Source: Squalus acanthias | Lineage: Eukaryota | Length of the DNA stretch: 64,000 bases | Direction: 5' to 3' | Assembly (NCBI GenBank): GCA_030390025.1 | Contig: CM059432.1 | Coordinates: forward strand, 24,244,001 to 24,308,000 | Part shown: in pieces, positions 49,945-61,229 of the stretch | How the letters are laid out: every line of letters begins with the position of its first letter | How positions within the stretch are numbered: the first letter of the stretch is position 1 | Translations under genes and position numbers: made by a program | The notes under the pieces: model-generated | The model's database searches: none | The model's input: only the letters and a program-made list of their open reading frames with translations | Told to the model about the DNA's origin: nothing

Positions 49945-51899
49945 CACAGGACACAGGGCATCAGCACCCGACCACATTGCTGCCTGGGAGGCCAGGGATG
50001 GCCTCACCGTGGCCATATTTACTTCACTTGATGCTGTACACCCTGGCTGCCACATGATGTGCCAGGTTTGGACCACCCCACACCAACACCATAAAGCATC
50101 CCTACAATGCCCAAGCCATTCCTTTCACACTCATCGCCATTGCGAGGGGTACCATTATGTCTCACCATACACTGCAACTCACTAAGCTACTTCCAAAGGT
50201 GCACACAAATCTGTCCAAGAACACAAAGGGCTGGATTTTGATACTGGGGACGTGATGGAGGCGGGACTCCCACTTTTTGGGTTGTAGACCCGCCTCCATT
50301 GACTTGTGGCTAACCCACTGTATTTTCCCTTGATTGACCTTGTTCAGCCCGCCCAGCGAGCTCAGCAGGTCAATTAAGGGCCACCCGGCAACAGGTGACG
50401 TCACAGATTGACATTTCATCTGTCAAGAGCTTTTGACAGATGAAATATCAGCGTTTGACAGCTCTGTGAAGCTGGCAAACACTGAAAATTTGTCTTCTAA
50501 CTTGAGTCCTTCCTCTCAGGCTGAGTTAAAAATCATTCCAGCACAGAAAACAGAAGGCTGCAGTTTTTGACAGCACCACGGCCTTTCTGCTTTCTGTGCC
50601 AGTGAGATTTCTGACTCCCGAGAACTGAAGGGCTGACACCTGCAGGAGGAAGTTAAGGTAAGTAAAACTTTTTCCCACACTTTGCACTTACCTTACACAC
50701 TTACCTCTGCACACATGCACCCATCACTCACCTGCCCACCGGACATATCGACCCCTCCAACCCCTGCAGACCCACGGTCCGCCTCGCTAACTTGGCGTGG
50801 TTGGCACCTGTCGGGAAGCCCACATTTCAGCCATCAAAATAGGGATTAGACAAAAAACTGCCTGTTAACTACCTGCTAACAGGCAGTTAATTGTCACTAA
50901 TCCCCTTCCCGCCTCGGGGAGGCGGGTCCCAGCACAGGTCGGGTACCCGCCGCAGCGAAACTGGCATGGAGGCGGGTTGGGGGCGGGATGGGGTCGGGAC
51001 CCCCGAATCTGCAACTTTAACCCCCCACACGCCTCCAAACCCGCCTCCATGGGTCAATGAAAATCCAGCCCAAAGTGTTGAAAATAAAGATTTCAATGTT
51101 TGACAGCACATTAACAGAAACTTCACATGAACATTGACTAAAACACACAAATGCCTAACCTTGTGTGTTGTTAGTTGGTATGATTGGACTAGATGAGGGT
51201 TAATGTGAGGGGTGGCTCGTGAGATGGGGAAGTGATAATGTAGATAGAGAGGGATGGGTGGAGGTGCAAGGTAAGTTGGTGTAAGTAAGGATGTGCAGGA
51301 GTAGGGTAGGGAAGACAGAGTGATGAGGATGTGTTGAGTGGCACAGCAGGATGAGGTTGAGTGTGGCTTTGCAGTAACATTTTGTGATCTACTGAGATCA
51401 TTGAAAGGTTTGCGCTACTGCAGCCTGGTCCTCCTGACGACATCCCTGCTTGTGTCCTCCTGTGCAATGTGCAACCAGGCTGCGTTGATCTCCTGGGGAG
51501 GTCTCTTCTGCTCATTGGAAGGGAAGAGAATCTCCCTGTGTGCTGTGACTCCCTCCATAAGCATATGGAGGGAGTCATGGGAGCGCCTGGGTGCAGTTGT
51601 GCACCTCTGTGCAGTGCTTGTCAGTGTTTGCAGCACCTCAATGCTGCAGAACACTGACAGCACAACTGTCAAAATCAGTTTGCGCATGATTACTTTAAGG
51701 AAACCGGCTGATGACGCGTCATCAAATGACGTCATCAGACTGGCTTCCTTCAATTGGCCGGCAAATGCGCTGGGCGGGCTTAACAAGCCCAATCAATATA
51801 AAATCATTCTACAGAGTGGGCTGGAGCCAGCAGCGGGGTCGGGACCCGCCACCGATGTCACCCTTCACGGACCCACCGAGGTTGGGGAAATCGCGGCCC
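49945..51899 (+). mobile_element. Second, older Harbinger remnant with a Myb/SANT exon on the minus strand (about 51380-51620)
   Basis: APRRSHDSLHMLMEGV..REILFP..AAWLHIAQE..RRTRLQ*RKPFNDL is homologous to exon 1 at 4334-4576. Right end GGGGAAATCGCGGCCC. Left boundary uncertain. Confidence 0.72.
50228..51071. mobile_element. Harbinger-type MITE, family M1, copy 2, TSD AAA
   Basis: TIRs GGGCTGGATTTT / AAAATCCAGCCC with AAA on both sides. Confidence 0.9.
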
Positions 51900-51958
51900 G
51901 TGTATCAGTTACTTTTACTGTGATCACAAAGACAGATACTTATAAGGGTGCAGATCAA

Positions 51959-53553
51959 TGGCTCGGAATTTGCGGTTAGCAGTGAAGCAAAGGCGTTCGC
52001 CGTTGGCCCTGAATAAAACTGCCCACAAAATCTCGCGATTTTGCGATCTCTGTGGCGAAAAGTTTGACTTTTTCGATGTGCAATTGAGATCAGTGTAGTT
52101 CAGTGGTTGACCAATAAGAGGGCAACAAGCAGTCTAAGCAGCCAATCACAATGCAGAATTCACACAGACAGGGAACCAGGAAGTGAAGAAGTTGCTTTTA
52201 TTCTGACTTTTAAAAAATATTACAGAGAGCAAAGCAAAGATTGGGGCTCTCACATGGGGAAAAGGAAATAAATATGAACAAACTTTTAAAAATCTAAAAA
52301 GAATTTTTAAGTTTCTTAAAAATTGTAATTTTTATTATAATGGAGAAATTTGACACTCCACAAAATTAAAATTAGTTTGTTAGGGCCAGAACATTTGTTT
52401 ACTAGTTAATACGTTGTTAAAACTCCAGTTATACCTAATCCAACAAGGCCTAACTTTTAAAGGGGTATTACACAGTGATATTACCATGGAAAAGCCCATG
52501 TTTTCATCAGTTTCCTGATTACATGCATTGCCGGCTATGGGGGAGAGGTCACTGCGCAGCCAATGTCGGAGCAGTGAATGACTGACCGCAACTTCAGGAT
52601 TTCCGTGTTAGGATGCGCATGCGATACGTCCTGAAGTTGAGGTCAGTTTCAAAGGGGTAATAACAGCGAACACTGTTCATTCTCTGTTATTATCCACGAC
52701 AAGGCCTTGGACAATGTGGACTACTTTCCATACCTCGGGAGCCTACTGTCAACAAGGGCAGACGTCAACGATGAAGTCCAACACCGCCTTCAGTGTGCCA
52801 GTGCAGCCTTCGGTCGCCTGAGGAAGAGAGTGTTTGAAGACCAGGACCTCAAACCCAGCACTAAGCTCATGGTCTACAGAACAGCAGTGATACCCGCCCT
52901 GCTGTATGCCTCAGAGACATGGACCATGTACAGCAGGCACCTCAAAGCACTGGAGAGGTACCACCAACGCTGCCTCCGCAAGATCCTGCAAATCCATTGG
53001 CAGGATAGGCGCACCAACGTCAGTGTTCTTGCTCAGGCCAACATCCCTGGCATCGAAGCTTTGACCACGCTCGATCAGCTCCGATGGACGGGTCACATTG
53101 TCCGCATGCCCGATACGAGACTCCCAAAACAAGCGCTCTACTCGGAGCTCCGGCACTGCAAGAGAGCCCCAGATGGGCAGAGGAAACGCTTCAAGGACAC
53201 CCTCAAAGCCTCCTTGAAAAAGTGTAACATCCCCACCGACACCTGGGAATCCCTGGCCCAAGACCGCACAAAGTGGAGGAGAAGCATCCGGGAAGGTGCC
53301 GAACACCTCGAGTCTCTTCGCCGGGAGCAAGTGGAAGCCAAGCGCAGGCAGCGCAAGGAGCGCACGTCAACCCAAGCACCCCACCCACCTGCCCCTTCAA
53401 CCACCGTCTGCCCCACCTGTGACAGAGACTGTAGGTCCCGCATTGAACTCATCAGTCACCTGCAAACTCATTTTTAATGTGGAAGCAAGTCATCCTCGGT
53501 TCCGAGGGACTGCCTAAGAAGTAAGAAAATTACCCCCTGCAAATTCCGGGCCC
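51959..53553. mobile_element. Harbinger-type MITE interrupted by an RTE insertion
   Basis: Ends TGGCTCGGAATTTGCGG / CTGCAAATTCCGGGCCC, with an AT-rich centre. Confidence 0.65.
52690..53528 (+). mobile_element. 5'-truncated RTE (BovB-like) LINE with an open 256-aa C-terminal frame
   Basis: ORF 52707-53477 is highly similar to 38750-39619, with a C2H2 finger and the same 3' UTR. Confidence 0.94.
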
Positions 53554-53554
53554 T

Positions 53555-53901
53555 TAGCTCTGTAATCTCCTCCAACTATGCAACCCTCTGAGAACTCTGT
53601 GTTCTTCCAATTCTGGCTTCTTGCATATCCCGATTTCTTTCGACCACCATTGACAGCTGTGCCTTCAGCTGTCTAGGCCCTAAGCTCTGGAATTCCCTCC
53701 CTAAACCTCTCCGCTCCGCCACGTCTCTTTCCTCCTTTAAGACGCTCCTTGAAACCTACTCCTTTGACCAAGCTGTTTGGTCACTTGTCCAAATGTTACC
53801 TTCTTTGGCTCGGTGTCAATTTTATTCTGATTACGCTCCTGTGAAGCGCCTTGGGACAATTAACCGCATTAAATACAGTATATAAATGCAAGTTGTTGTT
53901 G
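53555..53901 (+). mobile_element. L2-type LINE 3' end
   Basis: AFSCLGPKLWNSLP..SSFKTLLETYSFDQA, then GTGAAGCGCCTTGGGA..TATAAATGCAAG(TTG)n. A related minus-strand remnant lies at about 47460-47950. Confidence 0.8.
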
Positions 53902-54250
53902 CTTACCCCAATATATAAATGCATAGTTGTTGGCAGTATTTTGAGTTATATGTCTTTTGAATTTGACAATTTTGTTAAGAGTTAAATCTTTGCATTACTA
54001 CAATATACTCATGTTATCCACTGGATGTCAGAGTTTCTTTAAGTACCTCAGTTTAGAGTTCAGAGCCAAACAGTATCACATATAAAACCCGAAACATGAT
54101 GGTAAATCCTTATCTAATTCTTTCTATGCAATTTTCGGTTCAATTTTTGTAGGATGAGTAGGACTAGAGGCATGGTGATTTGGAACGTTAATTTCCTCTC
54201 CCATCATTTGCAAAATCCTGCTATTTTCACTTCCAGTGCCTTACTTATGG

Positions 54251-54695
54251 TGTTAGCCATGGCTCAGTGGTAGCATTCCCGCCTCTGCGTCATAAGGGTG
54301 GGGGGTTCAAGTCCCACTCCAGAGATTTAAACACAAAATCTCGGCTGACATTTAAAGGTAGTACTGAGGGAGCGCTGCACTGTTGGAAGTGCTGTCTTTT
54401 GGATGAGACGCTAAACCGAGTCTCCGTCTGCTCTCTCAGGTGGATGTAACAGATCCCATTGCACTATTTTGAAGAAAAGTAGGTGAGTTTTCCCTGGTGT
54501 CCTGGCCAATATTTATCCCTCAACCAACATCACTGAAACACTGCTGTCGTGGGACCTTGCTGTACACAAATTAACTACCGTGTTTTCTACATTACAACAG
54601 CGACTACACTTCAAAAGTACTTTATTGGCTGTAAAGCGCTTTGGGATGTTCTGAGGTTGTAAAAGGCTCTATATAAATGCAAGTCTTTCTTATTT
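54251..54695 (+). mobile_element. Deu-domain SINE (SacSINE1-like), full length
   Basis: TGGCTCAGTGG A-box, GGTTCAAGTCC B-box, GGATGAGACGCTAAACCGAG Deu core and an L2-like tail. Confidence 0.85.
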
Positions 54696-55884
54696 TTACT
54701 TGCTACATTCTTGTTACTCAGTACAGACTTTCCTCTTATATCAATATATTGTTTACAACATTCCATTATGTTGATATATGTCCTGTGCTGTTGCTTTACA
54801 ATAATATTCATATATTTTTGCTCTTCCTTAAGCCGTGTAGCTTTTTTCTCACTCCCATATGGGTCCTTCTCATTATAGAGCATCCACATCTCTTGATATA
54901 TTCCTATCTTTGCATTTCCTTTGCACATTTGGGGGATGTAGAACCCCACCAAAAGTATCCTTGCTACACTTTCAATTACACAGCTCACTAGAACATGCAA
55001 CGCATTGTTACTTGAACTGGATTTGCTTTGTTGGCATTGAACCATTCTCCAGTATAACTGTGCACTGTATAGTTGGTTTAACAAAGTTCTTTGACTTTTA
55101 TACCAGAGGCGTGAAATGGTCATTATTACAGCTGCGTTCGATTGGCTGTTTCTTCATCACCGCTAATGAAATTTCATTTTCAGTGCTCGTGTTTCAAAAC
55201 TTGCATTCATATCATTTCATGAGCCATTCGTCTATCATGGAATCACAGGATGATACAGCATAGAAGGAGGCCATTCGGCCCATTGTGCCTGTGCCGGCTC
55301 TTTGAAAGAGCTATCTAATTAGTCCCACTCCCCTGCCCTTTCCCTAAAGCCGTGCAAATTTTTCTCTTTAAGTATTTATCCAATTCCCTCATTAGCTGGA
55401 TTAAAAAGAAAACAGGCATTTCATCCATTTCTCTTTACAAAGGGGAAATTTGGCCCATTAATGTCCCAGAGGAAACTATCTTGGCAGCCTCAGCCCCAGC
55501 TCCCTTGCCTGTGACTCCACAGAAGGCAACTCAATCTAATTAGTGCTGATTCGGTGATTTTACTTATGCCAGAAGGATGTCGAGTGTGGAATTGAATTGC
55601 ACTGCCACAGGATGGTTGGGATTAAGGTACAATTGCGCATTGTCTGGGGATTGCAAGGAGAGCCCTGTTTTGCAATTGACATATGATATATTTGCAACTG
55701 CTTGATGTTTGATGTAGCCACTGATTGCCAAGTGGAACAATATTTCATTCTCAGATCTACCAGATAGTACCTAGTAAATGCAAACACACACATTGAGCAA
55801 AAAGGATTTACGTATAGCATCCCACTTACTGTCTGTCATTTTAATTAACCGTCATTATTATTGCCTATCATTTAAATTTTCTAG

Positions 55885-56247
55885 ACCACTCTCAATCTGA
55901 CCTCGGCCTCCTACACTGTTCCAATGAAACTCAGCGTAAGCTCATGGAACAGCAACTCATCTTTCTATTAGGCACTTTATAGCCGTACAGACTCAACATT
56001 GAGCTCAACAATTTCAGATCATAACCTCTGCCCTCACTTTTTTCGGATGGCAGCTGTTGCTGATGATTCTGATATTCAAATTTACGCCTCCTCTAGACCC
56101 ATCTTTTGTTTCTTTACTTGTCCCATTACCATTTCCTTTCACCATGCACCATTATTACTTTTGTCATTTAATCTCTCCTGCCTTCCACCCTATCGCAGAC
56201 CTTTCATTTTGTTCTTTCTTCCCCTCCCCCCTTTCCCCGCCTCTGTA
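55885..56247 (+). mobile_element. Penelope 3' remnant (GIY-YIG C-terminus + UTR)
   Basis: GLLHCSNETQRKLMEQQLIFLLGTL..GLNIELNNFRS*. Confidence 0.82.
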
Positions 56248-56536
56248 ACATAAGAAATAGGAGCAGGAATAGGCCACTTGGCCCTTCGAGCCTGCTCTGC
56301 CATTCAATAAGATCATGGCTGATATTGGGCTCAAAGCCACTTCCCTGCCCGCTCCCCATAACCCTTCATTCCCTTATCTTGCAAAAATCTGTCTATCTCC
56401 ACCTTAAATGTATTTAATGACCCAGCCTCCACGGCTCTCTGGGGCAGAGAATTCCACAGATTTACGACCCTCTGAGAGAAGAAATTCCTCCTCATCTCAG
56501 TTCTAAAAGGGCGACCCTTTATTCTGAGACTGTGAC

Positions 56537-58204
56537 TGTAGAATTCGCAAAATTATCGCGATTTTATAAAATAAGAAGGAGACATAAAAGTTTCGTACAA
56601 ACAGCTTTATTTCAGCAGAATGCTGTCAGGTTTCAAAACGGACACAAACAGCCTGTAAAATGGCCGCCACGCCTCGTGGCAGAAAGTTCTAGACTTTCAA
56701 TGGGCAGACAAGATGGCGTTCCAATAAACATTTGTGCAAGATCGTACAGGACTCAGCACATTTGAGATAATTGACAAGACATGATGGGTTTGCATTTTAT
56801 ACATAAATACTGGAATCGGTCTCCCAGGTGCGAATAAGGGCTATTGTACCGAGCGATCAAGGACCCATCCAAAGACATTAATATGCAAAATCCCCACGAC
56901 TCTACGATGAGAGAGCCGTTTGCGGGTAGTTACAGAAAGCATTTGGAAGCCCCAAAACCCCTCCAGGGAGACTACTAGCCGGTTCCACAATGGGAGAAGT
57001 ATTAACGGGTACTCAGACAGTTACAAGTATCACCGAAACCCATTAAAGACGGAGATCACCCTATACAAGAAGTTTGAGCGCCAAAACCCTGACAAAAGAT
57101 AGACATTAAGATTGGGCGGGAAAAGAGGAATTACAGCACTATAACTGTAAGGTACAACCGTCCATCGCTCTGCTGCCTCTGCTTCTTCTTGCGCTTGCTG
57201 CTTTGACTCGCTGGAAGGCTGTTGAACTTTTATTCTCTTGCCTGACGGCTCTGGACTCTGATCCGCTAGGATCAACCTCGTGGCTTGCCGCGAAGATCTG
57301 TGTAGAACTGGGCTGTGAGGCCTTGAAACGGGCGCACCATCCCGAGAAGTCGGTAAACGGTGTTGGAACCGAAGGCCCGAGAGGAGATGAGATGAGATGA
57401 GATGAGATGAGATGAGAAGAGAAGAAGACGACAATACGCATCGCCACGGTCAGTAAGCCCCGACCGCGCCTGTAAGTCGAATAAACACTTCTTCGAATTT
57501 TATAGGCTACTCCACAACTGGCCTAGGAAGACCCTTCTTTGAGTTTTGCAGACAACTGGTGTAGGGCACAGGAAGACTCTTTTTTGAGTAGTATCGGAAC
57601 TCCGAGGACAACACAGATCTTCATGACAGCAGACGGTCCAGCCTGCTAGCCGGAGCAGAGACGAGTAAACAAGTGGGGTACAGAGACCCCTGATCAACAC
57701 GTGGATAGTCAGGTGCTGCGGTCAAAACATCCGAGCAGAGTTTCAGAATTCTCCGAGTTATCACGAGTGGTGAGCATGAGTCTCGATCCTACAAATCTAG
57801 ATTAGGACAGGTATTGATAGGGGAGGGTTTAAGTTTTAAGGATAAGTATAATGTGTGTCCCCTTTTACGATGCGTAATGCGCTCCTCGTTTCCCTAAAAT
57901 TAGTTTCATAACTGTGTGTGAGATTGTACTGTCATTAATCTGTGCTTATGACGTGTATCTCGTAATCTTGAATAATATGCAATAAAGATTTTCCATTTCG
58001 CACTATTCGAGCGGGTCTACCTGAGTTTTTCTCTGTATTATTGCTCTCGCACCTAAGTCCAGTGTCAGAACCGTAAGGGCGAGTGGGTCGAACCACTCAC
58101 AGGTGTCTAGTGTTACCAGGCTGGCTGGAGACCAGAACAGGCAACAAGGCCTAACCTCGCACTAGCACCCAGGCTAAGCACAGAGCCGCAGCTCACCCCT
58201 TACA
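56537..58204 (+). mobile_element. Long solo LTR (about 1.67 kb; start 56531 or 56537), family unknown
   Basis: TGTA...TACA termini inside a CR1. ATTGGGCGGG and a TATAAC box at 57111-57145, AATAAA near 57480 and 57981, CpG-rich, no long ORF. No clean TSD. Confidence 0.7.
57385..57416 (+). repeat. (GAGAT)n microsatellite inside the LTR
   Basis: About 6 perfect GAGAT units. Confidence 0.95.
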
Positions 58205-59502
58205 GCCCCCGAGTTCTAGATTTCCCCACGAGGGGAAACATCCTCTCTGCATCTTGTCGAGCCCCCTCAGTATCTTATATGTTTCAACAAGATCACCTCT
58301 CATTCTTCTAAATTCCAATGAGTATAGGCCCAGCCTGCTCAACCTTTCTTTATAAGTCAACCCCTTCATCTCTGGAATTAACCTAGTGAATCGTCTCTGA
58401 ACTGCCTCCAATGCAAGTATATTCTTCCTTAAATAAGGAGACCAAAACTGTACGCAGTACTCAAAGTGTGGTCTCACCAATACCCTGTACAGTTGTAGCA
58501 GGACTTCCCTGCTTTTATACGCCAACCCTCTTGCATTAAAGGCCAACATTCCATTTGCCTTTTTGATTACTTGCTGTACCTGCATGCTAACTTTTTGTGT
58601 TTCATGCACAAGGACCCCCAGGTCCCTCTGAACTGTAGCATTTTGTAATCTCTCTTATTTAAATAATAATTTGCTTTTTTATTTTTCCTGCCAAAGTGGA
58701 TAACCTCGCACTTTCCCACATTACACTCCATCTGCCAAACGTTTGCCCACTCACTTAGCCTGTCTATATCCCTTTGCAGATTCTTTGAGTCCTCTGCACA
58801 ACTTGCTTTCCCACCCATCTTTGTATCATCCGCAAACTTGGCTACATTATACTCGGTCCCTTCGGCCAAGTCATTAATGTAGATTGTAAATAGTTGAGGC
58901 CCCAGCACCGATCCCTGTGGCACCCCACTAATTACCGTTTGCCAACCGGAAAATGACCCATTTATCCCGACTCTCTGCTTTCTGTTAGTTAGTCAATTCT
59001 CTACCCATGCTATTATATTACCCCCAACTCCGTGAGCTCTTATCTTATGCAGTAACCTTTTATGTGGCACCTTATTGAATGCCTTCTGGAAATCCAAATA
59101 CACAACATCTACTGGCTCACCTTTATCTACCCTACTCGTTACATCCTCAAAGAACTCCAGCAAATTTGTTAAACATGATTTCCCTTTCATAAAACCATGC
59201 TGACTCTGCTTGACTGCATTATGATTTTCCAAATGCCCTGCTACCGTTTCCTTAATGAAGGACTCCAGCATTTTCTCACAACAGATGTTAGGCTAACTGG
59301 TCTATAGTTTCCTGCTTTCTGTCTCCCTCCTTTCTTAAATAGGGGTGTTACATTTGCGGTTTTCCAATCCGCTGGGACCTCTCCAGAGTCCAGGGAATGT
59401 TGGTATATTGCAACCAATGCATCCACTATCTCTGCTGGCCACTTCTTTTAAGACCCTGGGATGCAGGCCATCTGGTTCAGGGGACTTGTCGTCTTTTAGT
59501 CC

Positions 59503-59640
59503 CACTTGCTTAAAACCTATTACATCTCTAAATTTTTCCAGTTCTGACGAAAGGTCATCGACCTGAAACATTAACACTGTTTCTCTCTCCACAGATGCTG
59601 CCTGACCTGCTGAATATTTCCAGCATTTTCTGTTTTTAGC
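59503..59640 (+). mobile_element. Family B Penelope terminal repeat
   Basis: Reverse complement of the 8607-8750 repeat. Confidence 0.8.
59540..59576 (+). ncRNA. Minimal hammerhead ribozyme motif, family B
   Basis: AGUU CUGACGA A AGGUC-AUC-GACCU GAAA CA UU AAC: core and stem II intact; the stem III CG is mutated to CA. Confidence 0.65.
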
Positions 59641-60478
59641 CCACTAGATTTAGCATGATTAGTTTGATATGATCCAGATGTAAGCCCTTACTAATATAAT
59701 GGGCTGAATTTTCCATGGAGGTAGCGGGCGCGATCGGTGGCGGGTCGGGTGGGAAAGTTACTTTTTTTGACAGCGGGTCGGGAACCTGCTGTCAACTGGC
59801 TCCCACGTGCCTTTCTCACAGGCACATCTGTCAGCCTGGAGCCAACCCGACCGGCAGCGGCAGGGGACCCAGTTGAGATCATTCTGAGCCACTTTACAGG
59901 CACTTAAGAGCTTTTTTCCCCCCTACTTTTTAAATTTCCCTGCATGGTCACGGGATTCACACAGCTCGGGAACCACGTCTGTCAACCTAAGGCGTGAGTT
60001 CCGTGGCCATTGCTCCAGCTGATTACTTGACAACATGGAAAACAAACCAAAATAAAAACATGTTGATTCCATCAGCTAACAGATTGACGGCGAGTCTGTA
60101 CTACTTGAAAAGCTACTGGTAAATGTTAATTTTTCACTGGCCATTCTCGGCTGTTGCCTTCCAACGCAACAGTAATTGCAGTGAATTGATCTGCAATATA
60201 AAAAATGACATATACCATTTCAATAAAATTTTGTGTTGATTCTGGCCAGGTTTTTCTCACAGTATACTGTGATTGTCCAGTTACACGTTAAATCAAGTCA
60301 TCAGCTGTAACAATTTCATTCCCATCACTCATTCCACTGGTTCAATTTGCTTCCAGTCCTTGAATATGACTAATTTCATTTTTCAGTCTGAGACTGTAGG
60401 GTGAATTTCTGCAGTGGTTCTCTCACTTGTCCATTGTTAACTTCAACAGAAGATCTGTAGAAATCCCAGAAACAGGAT

Positions 60479-61206
60479 GGGCCGTATTTTCTGATCGGAG
60501 GCTTCCCGCGTGCGGAAGCCTCCGATCTGGAAAAAATCTACACCCTTACCTGAGGGCTCCCGGGACGCACACACTTCCGCTCCTGGGCCTCTCCAAACTC
60601 CAAGTGTGCAGGGCCTACGCATCCCAGGGGCGCATGCGGTTCGCAAGCGTCCCTGGGATCACGTGGGCCATGGTGAGCCAATCAAAGAAGGGAATCTCCC
60701 TTCATACACTTGACAGGAAGACCTGTCAAATATATGAATGGAGATCACCCCAAAAACATAGTAAAACTTTAAATAAATTTAAAAAAAAATCAAATTTTTA
60801 AAATGACTTGAAATTACAATAAATTAAATATTTTAAACAAAATTTTAATTTTTTGAAAAAAATAATTAAAGTTTTTTACGGGACTAAAAATAAACTTACC
60901 TTTTTTTAAAGTATTTTTAAATGATACATCAGTGAACATTTTTTTTGGATTTTTTTCAACTCTTATCCTGGTAAAAGCAGGCCTTACACCTGCTTTTACC
61001 AGGCGTAAGAATTGTAAGGGTTTTCTGCGGGCGGAGGGTCTCCAAAAAGTGGAACTATCCGCCCACAGAGGCCCTTCTCCAGGGCAGCCGGAGGATCTGT
61101 CAAGACCATTCTTGACAGATCAGAAATGCCAGTTTTCAGCACATGCGCTGTGCATGCCTGAAACTGGCATTTCCGATGTCCCTGTAGGGATCGGAATATC
61201 TGGGCC
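60479..61206. mobile_element. Harbinger-type MITE, family M2, copy 2
   Basis: Homologous end to end with 26527-27245. Confidence 0.85.
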
Positions 61207-61229
61207 ACTGTAAGCAACACTAACACTGT

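Larger units (their letters stand above)
56248..59503 (-). mobile_element. CR1 LINE RT/3' part split by a long LTR (pieces 56248-56536 and 58205-59503)
   Basis: RT ORFs lie between 58193 and 59500. The CR1 sequence TTATTCTGAGACTGTG..CCCC.AGTTCTAG resumes across the insert. Confidence 0.93.

Noticed and set aside
54251..54325. tRNA gene (A and B boxes)
   Set aside because: It is the head of a multi-copy SINE, and no complete cloverleaf is evident.
54611..55263. Overlapping 170-, 104- and 134-aa ORFs
   Set aside because: No recognisable motifs or convincing splice signals; one end runs into a SINE.
56920..57447. Short ORFs inside the long LTR as viral accessory genes
   Set aside because: They are short, lie on both strands, are partly microsatellite-derived and have no recognisable domain.
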